This document shows, piece by piece, positions 31,289 through 41,786 of a stretch of DNA of 64,000 nt. The notes beneath the pieces were generated by a model. That model ran no database searches, was not told where the DNA came from, and worked only from the letters and a program-made list of their open reading frames with translations. The stretch lies in NCBI GenBank assembly GCA_963816145.1, contig CAWFJP010000015.1:128001-192000 (forward strand), written 5' to 3'. Both the position numbers and the translations under genes were made by a program. Positions within the stretch are counted from its first letter, which is position 1. Every line of letters begins with the position of its first letter. This stretch comes from an uncultured delta proteobacterium (GTDB taxonomy: Bacteria; Desulfobacterota; Binatia; UBA9968).

Positions 31289-31678
31289 TTACGCTGAAAT
31301 GATTTCTCGTAGCCATATCTCAATGATCAAGACGGCGTTCGGCGCTATCAGCTCGCCCAACCCTTCGTCCCGATAGGCCAGGTGCGGGCTGACGCGAATC
31401 TTTCGGTAGCCGCCGGTTTTCATGTCATAGAGCGAGTATTCCACCCCAGCCATCGTCTGGCGCCGGCCCAACGTTGTTTTGTGATCGACTAACGGCCGGC
31501 CATCGATATGGCGGATCATTTCCGGAGGAAGGATTTCTGCCTGCTGCTCGTTAAGCGGAATCTCATCGCCGTGATTACGATAGAGCCGCCAATTAAAAAT
31601 GACAGTATCGCCTTTCTTGGCCGGCTTGCCTTGGCCTTCGATCTCCGCTAGCAGTTTGATGCCCGACTTGATTTTCAT
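31289..31678 (-). CDS. FKBP-type peptidyl-prolyl isomerase-like protein
   Basis: EGQGKPAKKGD, MKTGGYRK, PHLAY, PNAVL. Confidence 0.8.
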   Translation of the reverse strand: MKIKSGIKLLAEIEGQGKPAKKGDTVIFNWRLYRNHGDEIPLNEQQAEILPPEMIRHIDGRPLVDHKTTLGRRQTMAGVEYSLYDMKTGGYRKIRVSPHLAYRDEGLGELIAPNAVLIIEIWLREIISA

Positions 31679-31685
31679 TGCGCCG

Positions 31686-32222
31686 CTAATGCGGGGGAAG
31701 GACTTCTTCGAATCGAGACTCTTCCCACTGCGCCCCATCGCCGACGACAATTTCGCCGCCGGCGAGGACCCGCGCATAGGCGCCGCCGCGCCAACCGGCG
31801 TACATCGCGTTCTGCAACCCCGGCAAAACCTCGTCCATCCTCTCGCAAGGTTTGGTTTCGCCGCCAATCAGCAGCCGGGCCGGGCCGATGTGAAGAACCT
31901 TGCCGCGTGCATTGGCGAGCCTAATGCCGCTTACCAATAGATTCGCCCGCCGCGCGCTCGCTTGCGCTGCTCCACCCAACTGCTTCATTAGCCGATCCCA
32001 CATTTCCTTTTCCAGCAAGGTAACTTGCCGCGACCCGCCGCAGTCAGCGCTGCCAAGCAAACCCTGATGGGCAACTAACTGGGCAGATGACACCGCGTCC
32101 ATCGGCCCGCGATGCGCTCGCTTGATCCAGATCGCTTCCAGATAGCCGCCGCTCGACGCCAATGAGTCGATGCCATCGCCTAGATAAAGTTTTCCCTTAG
32201 ATAATCTCAAGCTATCCTTCAT
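31686..32222 (-). CDS. MOSC domain protein
   Basis: [29 protein letters not shown]. Confidence 0.85.
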   Translation of the reverse strand: MKDSLRLSKGKLYLGDGIDSLASSGGYLEAIWIKRAHRGPMDAVSSAQLVAHQGLLGSADCGGSRQVTLLEKEMWDRLMKQLGGAAQASARRANLLVSGIRLANARGKVLHIGPARLLIGGETKPCERMDEVLPGLQNAMYAGWRGGAYARVLAGGEIVVGDGAQWEESRFEEVLPPH

Positions 32223-32232
32223 GGCTGGGTTA

Positions 32233-33201
32233 TCACCGGAAACGCTGCATGAACCCTTCTTTTTCGATCTCGTCAAGCAGGCTCATATCGACGAACTCGG
32301 CGGGATTGCGCTGCGGCGCGTTCATTTCCCGCATGATATTTTTCAAGCCTTCTAAATTAGTCCGCGGCACAGGTTCGGTGCGGCGGGCGAAGAATTCGTA
32401 GGTCGCGTCGGTGGCTTCAGGATCGTCGACCCGGAGATATTTTCTGAGAATCTTGATGCTGCCCTCCCGGTTGGTGCGCATGTAGTGGATCGCTTCGATC
32501 TGCGACCGAAGCAGGTTTTTCGCTAGCGGCCGCTGCTTTTCTATGAAGGCGCGCGTCAGCATGAACGAAGTGTTCGGATAAGCGCTGAAGTCGCCGACGT
32601 CGGCCAGCACGTTCATGCCGCGCTTGCGGGCGATATGAATCTCCGGATAGGAAAGGATCGTCGCGTCGATCTGCCCCAAGGTCAATGCCAAAAGCCGCGC
32701 GTTGGTAGCTCCCGATTGAAGAATCGTCACCTGACGCGGGTCGATTTTCCAGGCGCGCAGGGCCCATTGAATGGCGGTGTCGTTGGAGCCGCCGAAGCGG
32801 AGAATGCCGATCTTTTTGCCGATCAATTGCTGCGGCGTTTTGATCTCGGCGCGCGCGACGATTTCAGCAGCCATGCGATTTTCCGATGTAGAGATGAGCG
32901 CGATCGGCGCGCCGCGCACCGCCGCCCCGATCGCCGCCGACGCCGAGTTCTGACTCAGCTGAATGCTGTTGGCGAGCAACGCCTGCATGCCCAGCGCCCC
33001 GCCGCTGATCAACAGCGGCTCGATATCGAGGCCGTACTTCTTGCCGATATCCGCTTCTTTAATCACCCACAACGGCATCTGGTAACCGGCGATGCCGCCG
33101 TAGCCGGCGTAAATTTTTGTCAGATCCGCGGCGGCAGCTCGATCGAGCAATCCACTGAGGAACAAACTGGTAGCTTGGATAACGAGTAGTCCCACCGTCA
33201 T
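32233..33201 (-). CDS. ABC substrate-binding protein, NMT1/SsuA-like
   Basis: [22 protein letters not shown]; upstream ORF extension is repeat-derived. Confidence 0.85.
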   Translation of the reverse strand: MTVGLLVIQATSLFLSGLLDRAAAADLTKIYAGYGGIAGYQMPLWVIKEADIGKKYGLDIEPLLISGGALGMQALLANSIQLSQNSASAAIGAAVRGAPIALISTSENRMAAEIVARAEIKTPQQLIGKKIGILRFGGSNDTAIQWALRAWKIDPRQVTILQSGATNARLLALTLGQIDATILSYPEIHIARKRGMNVLADVGDFSAYPNTSFMLTRAFIEKQRPLAKNLLRSQIEAIHYMRTNREGSIKILRKYLRVDDPEATDATYEFFARRTEPVPRTNLEGLKNIMREMNAPQRNPAEFVDMSLLDEIEKEGFMQRFR

Positions 33202-33204
33202 CCA

Positions 33205-33282
33205 AAATCTCCCCTGCCCCCCCTTTAGCAAAGAGGGGAAGCAGGACCTCCCCCTTTGAAAAAGGGGGAACGAGGGGGATTT
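33205..33282. repeat. CCCCCTTT...AAAGGGGG palindromic doublet
   Basis: ccccctttagcaaagagggg ... ccccctttgaaaaaggggg with outer arms aaatctcccc / gggggattt. Confidence 0.75.
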
Positions 33283-33330
33283 ACCTGCGCACAAATTAGC
33301 AAATTTCACACTGACCTCGATAAGGAAAGC

Positions 33331-34422
33331 TTACCCTACGACATATCGATCCAACTCCCGGCTGAACTCTAACCCTAAGCCAGGCTTGGTCGGCACAAGG
33401 AGTTCACCTTTCACCGGCACGGGAACTTCGTCGAATAGGCGAAAAGACCATGGCATGTATTCTACAGTCAAGCCGTTGGGAATCGCCGAAACTAGATGCA
33501 CATGGATCTCCGGGAACAGATGGCTCACCACCGGTAAATTGAACGCCTCGGCCATGGCCGCAACTTTCATCCAGTTGGAAATGCCGCCGACCCGAATCAA
33601 ATCGATCATGATGATATCGGCGGCGCCGGTTTCGATGGTGTGGCGGAACGGCGTGATGCCGTACAAACACTCGCCGCTGGCCAGCGGTGTGGCCAAGGCA
33701 TTGGCGACGCGCGCCAAACCGGTGAAATCGTCATGCACGGTGACATCTTCGAGCCAAAAGAAGTGCACGTCCTCGACGCGCCGGCCGATGTCGATGGCCT
33801 GATTGACCGACCAGCGTTGATTGATATCGCACATAAGATCGACATCGGCTCCCACCGCTTCGCGAGTCAAGTGCGCGCGTTCGGCCTCCTGCGCGGGGGT
33901 AACCTCACCGGGCAAAGCCATCTGGGTTTTCATTTGCTTGAAACCGCGCTCAACCAGCGTGCGACAGGCTTTGAGCAAATGGTCGAGCGGATAGCTCCGC
34001 ACCAGCGCGCCGCTGGCGTAGGTCGGCACGCGGTCACGCAGGCCGCCAAGCATGGCGCCGAGGGCTTGGCCGAGATACTTGCCCTTGATATCCCAGAGCG
34101 CCATGTCGATGCCGGAGATCGCCAAGGTGAGAATACCGCCCGGCCCGGCACTCGCCGCCGCTGCGCGCAGTTTCTGCGTCAGCGCATCGATACGCAGCGG
34201 ATCTTCGCCGACGATCATGGCGCCGAGCTGATCGATCGCCTGCTTGAGCGTCGCACTGAGCACGCCGCCGAAGAACGTCGCGCCGATGCCTTCGATGCCG
34301 TCCGCCGTCTCGATCCGAACCGTGACAAACATGTTATGCGCCCGCCCCGACGGCGGCCCATCGGCCAACGGCTCATCGACGGGCAAGCGGACAACCTGGG
34401 AATGGATACTTTTAATTTTCAT
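33331..34422 (-). CDS. Mandelate racemase/muconate lactonizing enzyme family protein
   Basis: AISGIDMALWDIKGK, DINQRW, WLED, SGE. Confidence 0.9.
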   Translation of the reverse strand: MKIKSIHSQVVRLPVDEPLADGPPSGRAHNMFVTVRIETADGIEGIGATFFGGVLSATLKQAIDQLGAMIVGEDPLRIDALTQKLRAAAASAGPGGILTLAISGIDMALWDIKGKYLGQALGAMLGGLRDRVPTYASGALVRSYPLDHLLKACRTLVERGFKQMKTQMALPGEVTPAQEAERAHLTREAVGADVDLMCDINQRWSVNQAIDIGRRVEDVHFFWLEDVTVHDDFTGLARVANALATPLASGECLYGITPFRHTIETGAADIIMIDLIRVGGISNWMKVAAMAEAFNLPVVSHLFPEIHVHLVSAIPNGLTVEYMPWSFRLFDEVPVPVKGELLVPTKPGLGLEFSRELDRYVVG

Positions 34423-34782
34423 TGTGATCCCTTCATACCTTGCGCTGTCCCAGCAGACATCCACCGATACCACAGCGTCACAAATACTAGTAGATTCAAG
34501 ATGCCGTAAACGACAACATAGCACTACTCAGCCGGTCCCGAATGGCCGACCGACTCGATGCCAAACGTCGTTTCGAGCAAGACCAAACCGGCAGCAAGAT
34601 GAAGTAACGACAAGACTCAGCGGCACGCCGGCGAACATTGCCGAAACTATCCCCACCAGAGGACGCATGATCGACGACAGTCTCTCGGCAATGCAATCCA
34701 TCCGTCGGTGGAATTGACCACCGCGCCTCCATTCGCAAGGGGCCGTATCTACCGCGGCCGGTTTCTGCTAGAATTAACTTGA

Positions 34783-35367
34783 ATGAACCATTATCAACGA
34801 CGCGATTACCTGCGCGAACTGCGCCCGTACCTGATTGCCAGCATCATCTTTTTCGCCGTCGGCACAGTCATAGGCGCCGCGGTCGCGAGCCGCTTTCCAG
34901 GGCTGGCCGATCATTTCGGCGACTCCATCACCGGCTTTCTGACAACCTTCCGCGGTCTGCCGAAACCGCAACTTGCCGCCGCGATCTTTCTCAACAACTC
35001 GGTAAAAACTCTAGCCGCAATCTTGTTAGGACTAGCGATTGGCATCGTGCCGGCGGTGTTTCTCGTCGTCAATGGCGCCGTTCTCGGCGTGGTGTTTTTT
35101 TTGTCATTTCATAGTCGCGGCGTTTGGCCCTCGCTTGTGAGCATCTTACCCCATGGCGTCATCGAACTTGCCGCGGTATTTCTCGGCACGGCGATCGGAC
35201 TCATGTTAGGCGACGTTGTGCTGAAACGGCTACTGAGAAAATCCGACACCAAGATTAGAGCGGAACTAGGCCGAGCCATAGGCTTCTTCAGCATCGTCAT
35301 CGTACCCATGCTGCTCGCCGCCGCTTTGATCGAAGCCTTCGTCACCACGGTGATTATCGGCGCTTAA
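34783..35367 (+). CDS. SpoIIM-like membrane protein
   Basis: IFLNN, NGAVLG, ILPHGVIEL, AALIEAFVT. Confidence 0.85.
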   Translation: MNHYQRRDYLRELRPYLIASIIFFAVGTVIGAAVASRFPGLADHFGDSITGFLTTFRGLPKPQLAAAIFLNNSVKTLAAILLGLAIGIVPAVFLVVNGAVLGVVFFLSFHSRGVWPSLVSILPHGVIELAAVFLGTAIGLMLGDVVLKRLLRKSDTKIRAELGRAIGFFSIVIVPMLLAAALIEAFVTTVIIGA

Positions 35368-35462
35368 TGATTTCCTGCGAGAGTCATCACTCTCGAAGAA
35401 GCATCACCGTAAAGCCGGATCGCTGTATTAACTCTTGGCCATTTCGGCAAGGCGCTTTGGAA

Positions 35463-35888
35463 TCAGCGAGCTTCCACCTGGAGCGAGCAGTAACAAACCA
35501 ACAGCTCACGCATCTCCACAACACGCCGAGCTGAATATTCTCGCGACTCGACAAGATTGCCCCACACCGGCGCTGGCCAGCAAGCATCATCCGGCTTGCG
35601 GCCGACGATATGCAAATGCAGCTGCGGCACGACGTTGCCGATGGCGGCGAAGTTGATCTTTAAGTAACCTAGATGGCGTTTAATCAATTGCGCAATCACT
35701 GCAGCCTCACTCAGCGCGACAGTGCGTTGAGCCTCGGGAAGATCGAGCAGATCGGCGACGGCGGTTTCCGGAACTAGAATGAACCAGGGAAGCGCGGCAT
35801 TTTTGTTCAACAACACATGGCACAGTTCGAGTCGGCCAAGCCGATGGCAATCGGCGAGCAGCTGGGGATTGATTTCAAATTTAAACAT
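35463..35888 (-). CDS. HIT family protein
   Basis: IGNVVPQLHLHIVGR, WPAPVWG. Confidence 0.9.
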   Translation of the reverse strand: MFKFEINPQLLADCHRLGRLELCHVLLNKNAALPWFILVPETAVADLLDLPEAQRTVALSEAAVIAQLIKRHLGYLKINFAAIGNVVPQLHLHIVGRKPDDACWPAPVWGNLVESREYSARRVVEMRELLVCYCSLQVEAR

Positions 35889-35911
35889 AGAAAATATGCC
35901 TCGCAGCCAGA

Positions 35912-37093
35912 TTATTTCGCTTCACTGGCGCAGCGAAAACCAATACTGTTGTCCCGCTGGTCGGGATTGGCGTGCATCCGTTTGGTACTGGCCAGCCGAT
36001 CCGCTTGGTCGTACCAGCCACCGCCGCGCAGCACTCTGCTAGTGCCGCTACTTGGCCCCTTGGGATTGCGCCGGTCGGCCTGGGGGAAGCTCTCCGAGAA
36101 CCAATCCGCCACCCATTCCCAGGCGTTGCCGGCCATATCCTGTATGCCGAAGGGACTTGCGCCTTTAACATGACTGCCAACCCGAGCGACGCCGTTCTTG
36201 TAAACTGCATTCCCATATTTCTGGGCAAAACGCGCATGCTCGGAGCTAGGCGGGTCGTCGCCCCAAGGATATTTTCGTTCATCTGTGCCGCGCGCTGCTC
36301 GTTCCCACTCCGCATCGGTCGGCAAGCGCCGGCCAGTCCAGCGGCAGTAGCCGTCGGCATCCTGCCAATCGACGCCGACGACCGGCAAATCAGCGCCGTT
36401 CTTGAGATCAGCAGTTTCCCATTCCTCCGGCGGCCTGACGCTTCCGGTAGCCTTCAAAAAGATCGCATAACGGCCGACGGTCACTTCGTACCGGTCGAGG
36501 TAAAAAGCGTCGACGAATAATTCGCGGCGCGGCGAATTCTCATCATCGCCCGCAACAAACGCCCCGGCCGGTATCAAAACCGCCGGCGCGCCGTCTTTGC
36601 CGGTCCGCTCCGTGCGATCTCGCCCGCGCAGGCTATAGAAAACCCCGCCAGCAACAACTCCGGCCGCCACGAGCGCGGCGGCGAAATATTTGAGCCGCTT
36701 GCGCCGCCGCTCGCCGGCAATTCGATGCACCTCGGCGGCGACGGCAGCGGGCAGGTTGCCGTCGGTATGAAGAAACGTCACAGCTTTAAGCAAGGCCGGC
36801 ACACTTTTAAGATCTACTTTTCCGAGTACTACGGGCAACAATTTGACTGCCGCTTTTTCGGCAATGCTTAACTCGGTCAATGTATAACTACCGGCGTCGA
36901 CCGCATTGGCTGTGATCAAGAAAATAAACAAGTCAGAGCTCTCAGCCGCCGACCTGATGCGATTGTGATACTCCTCCCCAGCAGGCAGGTCGGCACGGTC
37001 GAAGAACACCCGATGTCCCTGATCCCGTAGCGCCAGATAGATGGATTTCGCCGGCTCGCGATCTTGCGAAGCGTAACTAAGAAAGATTTTCAT
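35912..37093 (-). CDS. TIR domain + TM helix + FGE-sulfatase (SUMF1) domain protein
   Basis: KIFLSYASQD (TIR_2); hydrophobic helix; RLPTDAEWERAARG, DMAGNAWEW, GFRCA. Confidence 0.85.
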   Translation of the reverse strand: MKIFLSYASQDREPAKSIYLALRDQGHRVFFDRADLPAGEEYHNRIRSAAESSDLFIFLITANAVDAGSYTLTELSIAEKAAVKLLPVVLGKVDLKSVPALLKAVTFLHTDGNLPAAVAAEVHRIAGERRRKRLKYFAAALVAAGVVAGGVFYSLRGRDRTERTGKDGAPAVLIPAGAFVAGDDENSPRRELFVDAFYLDRYEVTVGRYAIFLKATGSVRPPEEWETADLKNGADLPVVGVDWQDADGYCRWTGRRLPTDAEWERAARGTDERKYPWGDDPPSSEHARFAQKYGNAVYKNGVARVGSHVKGASPFGIQDMAGNAWEWVADWFSESFPQADRRNPKGPSSGTSRVLRGGGWYDQADRLASTKRMHANPDQRDNSIGFRCASEAK

Positions 37094-37156
37094 GGGTTCG
37101 CTGACTGCCGGCGGAGACTCTCAGTAGAGGGATACGTGTGATGCATGAAGGTGATT

Positions 37157-38212
37157 CTACGGTGTCCTCGCTTCTTGGGGAACTTTACCGCCCCATAGCT
37201 CTTTCATGAAGCCGCTCTTGTCGAGATTCTCGACGAAAGTATTGTCGAAGACTTCGTTCGCTTTGCGGCGAATCACCGTGCCCTCTTCGCGGGCGTTTTC
37301 GATGGTCTCGGCAACCATCTTTGCCGGCACGATCAGGCGCCGGTTGACCAAGCGCTTGGCGAAGGCATCATAGGCCGATTGTAGGATATCGGCATCGTTA
37401 ATCCGCAGCGTCTTCCCCACCGAAGCCATACCGACCTCCGGTTTTTTCTCGACGAGAAAAACCGACTCGGCCAGCGCCGCGACCATTTTTTGGATCAGCG
37501 CCGGCTTCTCCTTGAAAGTCTTGGCGTTGGTAAATAACGAGCTATAGATAAACGGCAGACCCAGCTCGTTGAGATGATAGATGACGTTGAAGCCGTCCTT
37601 TTTGCCGCGGGCATCGAGGGGCGGCTGGATCAGCGTCGCCTGAAAAACATCTTGCGCCATGGCGGTGTAGCGTTCGGTGGGCGTGCCGCCGACGGTTGCC
37701 AGGGTCACATCCTTTTCGCTCAGGTTATGCTTCTTGAGGAAATCTTTCGCCAGCTTGTAGGTGAAATCTCCCGGGCGGGTCACGCCGATGCTTTTGCCTT
37801 TCAAATCGGCGGGCCGCTTGATGTCTTTTCGTGCCAACACGACGTAGGGCAAACCCACCAGCGGCGAAGCGACCAGCTTGCCGTCCATGCCGGTGGCGAT
37901 GCGCGCAATATTGGCGTCGGCATTGCAGTAAAGAAAATTGATCTCATCGGCCGCCAACGCCGCCGCAGCAACGTTGCCGCCGCGCACGACGATATGCTCG
38001 GCGTTGACACCATATTTTTCGAACAGCTTGTTATCGAGGGCGGCATACAAATGAATAAACCCGCCGGTGATAGCACAGGTGCCAATGCGCGCCCGGACCA
38101 ACGGCTCGCCAGGCTTGGCGAGATAGGGATTGGCCTGAACCTTGTCCGCATAGGACATGGCGGCAACAGCCAAAACGAAATATCGCATCCAATAAGCGGT
38201 CATCCAGCGCAT
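37157..38212 (-). CDS. ABC substrate-binding protein, NMT1/SsuA-like
   Basis: LFEKYGVN, DLKGKSIGVTRPG. Confidence 0.85.
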   Translation of the reverse strand: MRWMTAYWMRYFVLAVAAMSYADKVQANPYLAKPGEPLVRARIGTCAITGGFIHLYAALDNKLFEKYGVNAEHIVVRGGNVAAAALAADEINFLYCNADANIARIATGMDGKLVASPLVGLPYVVLARKDIKRPADLKGKSIGVTRPGDFTYKLAKDFLKKHNLSEKDVTLATVGGTPTERYTAMAQDVFQATLIQPPLDARGKKDGFNVIYHLNELGLPFIYSSLFTNAKTFKEKPALIQKMVAALAESVFLVEKKPEVGMASVGKTLRINDADILQSAYDAFAKRLVNRRLIVPAKMVAETIENAREEGTVIRRKANEVFDNTFVENLDKSGFMKELWGGKVPQEARTP

Positions 38213-38349
38213 GCGGCACTCCTATTCAATCGCTCAACCTGCGCCTATATACGAGGTTTCATTCGATGGGGTCAATGGAATAACCACGGTTCTGCAAAAC
38301 TAGCAAACACAGACGCGCATCAGCGCGTCCGCACCGGGAAGACACTGAA

Positions 38350-38953
38350 TCACTCCTTGAACCACCAGCATTCCCAACCGTCGACCAGCGCGGCGAATTT
38401 CGCGTAGCCCGCCGCTCCGGGATGCGCGCCATCCCCAGCCGACACCTCGGCCATCCATACCGGGTCTACGACTAAGACATCGAAGGTCGACAGAAACGGG
38501 ACTCCTTGATCTGCGGCAACTTGCCCCATGGCAAGCGACAATTGACGAGTGCGCTCGTTGTGCTGCCGATCGCCGATCGGCGGCGGGCCGATCAGCGCAG
38601 TTCGGTAGCCGCGCTGCTGTGCCGTTCGCAGAATCTGCCGAGTGTTCTGGATACTGACTAACTCAGGTACACGCGTGCGGCTGTCCTCGATCATCGTGTC
38701 GTTGACGCCATACGAAAAGACCACGTAAGGCGTACAAGAGGTCGGCAAGCGGCGCTGCGATTCCGACTCCCAGCGCGCGGCAATCTCGCTACTGGTATCG
38801 CGCCGCACTCCCAGGTTGTAACAAGTCAGTTGGTGGCCTCGCTGCCCAGGCGAGGATCGATACCCGTCCGGTCCAGCCGAGATACTCCGGATCGTTGGTA
38901 CCGTGGACGAAGGAATCGCCGACGAAGCACAATCGCATATCGTCAACTTGCAT
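38350..38953 (-). pseudogene. GDSL/SGNH hydrolase, frameshifted near 38850
   Basis: RLCFVGDS in one frame; YNLGVRRDTS, GVND, DGAHP in another. Confidence 0.7.
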
Positions 38954-39236
38954 GACTCTCTTAAAATATTCGATGGCAGAACGGTGATGGGAACAGAGTA
39001 CCGTGGCGATCGGCGAACTTCGACACCGCCGTCGTCCTTTCGATACGGCGCGAGGAACTCACTGGCCCAACCGGGCCCGCTCCTGCGAAACCTGTGAAAT
39101 CTCGATCTCGTGATCCGAGGGAGTTGAGCATCGCCCACGAAAGTTTAATTTGACATCAGAGGATCGGGTTGGATACTGTCAACCCCAAAGCCGGATGACC
39201 GGCCAAACTGACCGCACCGTCGCCAAGGAGATTCCT

Positions 39237-39725
39237 ATGCCGAAGATCACCAGCATCAGCCATGTCGTGCTTTATGTAAGAGATCTCGACAAGATGGTCG
39301 ACTTCTACACCAACATGTTGGGGCTGATTAAGTACCGTGAAAACCCCGGTCGCATGGTTTTCCTCACCCCTGACCCGGAACTCGACGACCACCAACTCGC
39401 CCTGGTCAAAGGCCGCGAAGGCGATGCCAAGCTCATCGCCCATATCGCCTGGAAGGTCGAAACCCCCGCGGAGATCAAAGAGTTCTATGAACGCTTCAAA
39501 ACCGCAGGCGTGCCCATCGACCATTGCGTCAGCCATGCCTATACCGAAATGGGCAATACCGTCTCATGCTACTTCCTCGACCCCGAAGGCAACCGCATCG
39601 AAGTCTACGCCCTGGTCGCCGAGCGCGACGACGCGCGGGAAAACCGCCCGTTGGACTTGGACAAGAGCTTAAGTGAAATCGTCGCCGTGGCGAGCGGCCG
39701 GGCGCCCGCGAGCGGCATGCATTGA
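39237..39725 (+). CDS. VOC family protein
   Basis: SHVVLYVRD, YFLDPEGNRIEV. Confidence 0.85.
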   Translation: MPKITSISHVVLYVRDLDKMVDFYTNMLGLIKYRENPGRMVFLTPDPELDDHQLALVKGREGDAKLIAHIAWKVETPAEIKEFYERFKTAGVPIDHCVSHAYTEMGNTVSCYFLDPEGNRIEVYALVAERDDARENRPLDLDKSLSEIVAVASGRAPASGMH

Positions 39726-39867
39726 TAGTTCTTTTGCAGCTGACGAAATTTCAAAGGGGTCGATCAACGGCGGACGAGTCCGGCGGTAAATGCCGGTTGT
39801 TTTTACGGTACTCTGACTGAATGACCCTCGGCTTTTGAATTTGTCGACTGGAAGTAGAATCTACCGT

Positions 39868-39976
39868 TCGTCAGTCCGGCGCAGAGCCTGCCCCGGACTG
39901 GATCCGGAGTCGGAATCCAGTTTTTTCGGCATGGCAACAAAAGCGAAGATGGATGCCGGCCTTCGCCGGCATGACA
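39868..39976. repeat. REP-like doublet with a nested second palindrome
   Basis: Inverted homologue of the 22366 copy; cctgccccggactggatccgg interrupts the left palindrome. Confidence 0.75.
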
Positions 39977-40028
39977 AATCTTCTGCTCGACTGAAGCATC
40001 CCTGAGAGGGACGCCAGCTTACCCACTA

Positions 40029-40748
40029 TCAATTTCCGATTGGCTGCAAGCCGCTTTTTATAATCGCGCTGGCCGCCGCCGGCGACCCGAGGAATTTAAT
40101 CACCGCACGAGCCGTATCGACGTCGGTGGTCGTAGCGGCGATTCCGGCCGAGAACACCGAGACTTTCTGCACTTCCGGCGGCAGCGGCGTGACATGGGCG
40201 ATACCAGACACGGGCATCAGCTCGCTCATCTGCTGGAAACCGATCTCCGCCTCACCGCGCGCAATCACCGCGCCGACGCGCTCGCCGCCGCCGATGAGCC
40301 GGCTCTTGCTCATCACCTGGTCGGCGATCCCTAACCGTTGGTAGAGTTCTTTAGTGAGATAGTCGCCGCTGACGCTGGCCGAGTACGCGATCGACTTGGC
40401 CAGCAAAAGCGTGCGCTTCAACGCATCGATGGAACCGATGTCGGGCTTGGGTGCTCCGGCGCGCACGGCCATGCCGATGGCGGAGCGCACCAGGGGCGTA
40501 TAGCTTTCAGACAAAACCAAACCGTCCTTGATGAAGCCGGTAAGCACACCATCCGCGACAATGATAACGTCAACGGCCTCGCCGCGTTTAAGCCGACTGG
40601 GAATAGAAGTATCACCCGTCCCGATGGAAGTTGCCGCAGTAACGATCTTTTTTTTGGTCAACGCTTCGAGTTGGGGAATCAACTCAAGATACGCCGCAGT
40701 AAAAGCCCCCGAGGTCATCACTCTGATTTCATTGGTCGCAGTATTCAT
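40029..40748 (-). CDS. ModA-like substrate-binding protein
   Basis: SGAFTAAY, GAPKPDI, GEAEIGFQQMSEL. Confidence 0.8.
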   Translation of the reverse strand: MNTATNEIRVMTSGAFTAAYLELIPQLEALTKKKIVTAATSIGTGDTSIPSRLKRGEAVDVIIVADGVLTGFIKDGLVLSESYTPLVRSAIGMAVRAGAPKPDIGSIDALKRTLLLAKSIAYSASVSGDYLTKELYQRLGIADQVMSKSRLIGGGERVGAVIARGEAEIGFQQMSELMPVSGIAHVTPLPPEVQKVSVFSAGIAATTTDVDTARAVIKFLGSPAAASAIIKSGLQPIGN

Positions 40749-40890
40749 GTTTGCTTTGTCTCCGTGGTTGCCGGCTCGAGCCGTAGATTGCAGACGTCCT
40801 TCTTAAAGTTGTTATCCCTGGACACAGAACACAATCAAGTCGCCACATTGTTCTGATTGGGTGGGCTGGATCCGATCCAGCGCCAGCGTT

Positions 40891-41373
40891 TCAATATAAC
40901 GCACCGTTCTTATGTAAGAACCGCCATTTCCCGTCCTCGTCCAACACAGCTTGTAAATCGTCGTCGGGGTAGCTCACGGTGTCGCCCGCGCTACGGTCGC
41001 CCACTTCGAGATAAATAACATCTTCATCCGTTCGGTTGACAAGATGATGGCCGTCTCCAGTACCGGCTTTGAAACCCGCGCACATTCCAGGCGAGAGCGG
41101 TGCCTCGCCGTCATCCGTGATGAGAACCGCGTGCCCCGCCAAGATGTAGACGAACTCATCTTGCTTTGAGTGAGCGTGGCGCAGCGCAGAGGATCCGCCA
41201 GGCGCAAGGCGCGTTAGATTGACACCGAAGTTGGATAAACCGAACGGGTCGCCGAGCGGCCGCTTTTCTCGCCGAGCCATGCGCGAGAAAAATGGCTCCG
41301 GATAATTTGACGGCTTGGTTCGCGGCGCCGCTTCCTGGGCAACGACTGCGGTTGGGAAATTAGCATTTGGCAT
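40891..41373 (-). CDS. Cupin domain protein (last recognisable cassette-like gene)
   Basis: NFGVNL, RHAHSKQDEF, HHLVNR. Confidence 0.85.
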   Translation of the reverse strand: MPNANFPTAVVAQEAAPRTKPSNYPEPFFSRMARREKRPLGDPFGLSNFGVNLTRLAPGGSSALRHAHSKQDEFVYILAGHAVLITDDGEAPLSPGMCAGFKAGTGDGHHLVNRTDEDVIYLEVGDRSAGDTVSYPDDDLQAVLDEDGKWRFLHKNGALY

Positions 41374-41391
41374 AATGCCTCCTACTCATGG

Positions 41392-41520
41392 AGCTAACGA
41401 TCCGGCCCGATAAGGCTCGGCAAGCAAAAGCGTAGCTTCGATCCGCAAAAGCGGATCTTGGCCTGGGCTACGCCGACCGTGCGGACGGCGAAGCCTTTAA
41501 GTTGGCCTGAGTTGTTAGGT
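41392..41520 (-). repeat. attC site (129 bp)
   Basis: AGCTAAC ... GTTAGGT with imperfect internal dyad symmetry. Confidence 0.7.
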
Positions 41521-41778
41521 TTCGCCACTATTGCCTTGAATGCAAGCGACCATATTGCCTTCCGTATCAAAGGCCAAGGCAACGAAACCGTATTGACCGA
41601 TGGATGTCTTCTCTCGTTGCATGCGCCCACCGGATGCCGTAACCCGCTCCGTCTCTACGTCGCAATCCAAGCAAGTGGAGTAAACCAGCGTACTGTTTCC
41701 GCCGGACGGGAAACCATCCATTTTGACTAAGGCACCCGAGGCCCCCACACGGTCCATGGCCATCGGAAAACTCCACAT
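41515..41778 (-). pseudogene. Truncated VOC/glyoxalase cassette gene
   Basis: SIGQYGFVALAFDTEGNM; N-terminus missing, end apparently frameshifted. Confidence 0.65.
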
Positions 41779-41786
41779 CTCCAGTC

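Noticed and set aside
26940-37093. attC sites among the small minus-strand genes
   Set aside because: No paired RYYYAAC/GTTRRRY palindromes found by eye; only a lone CCCCAAC at ~31255
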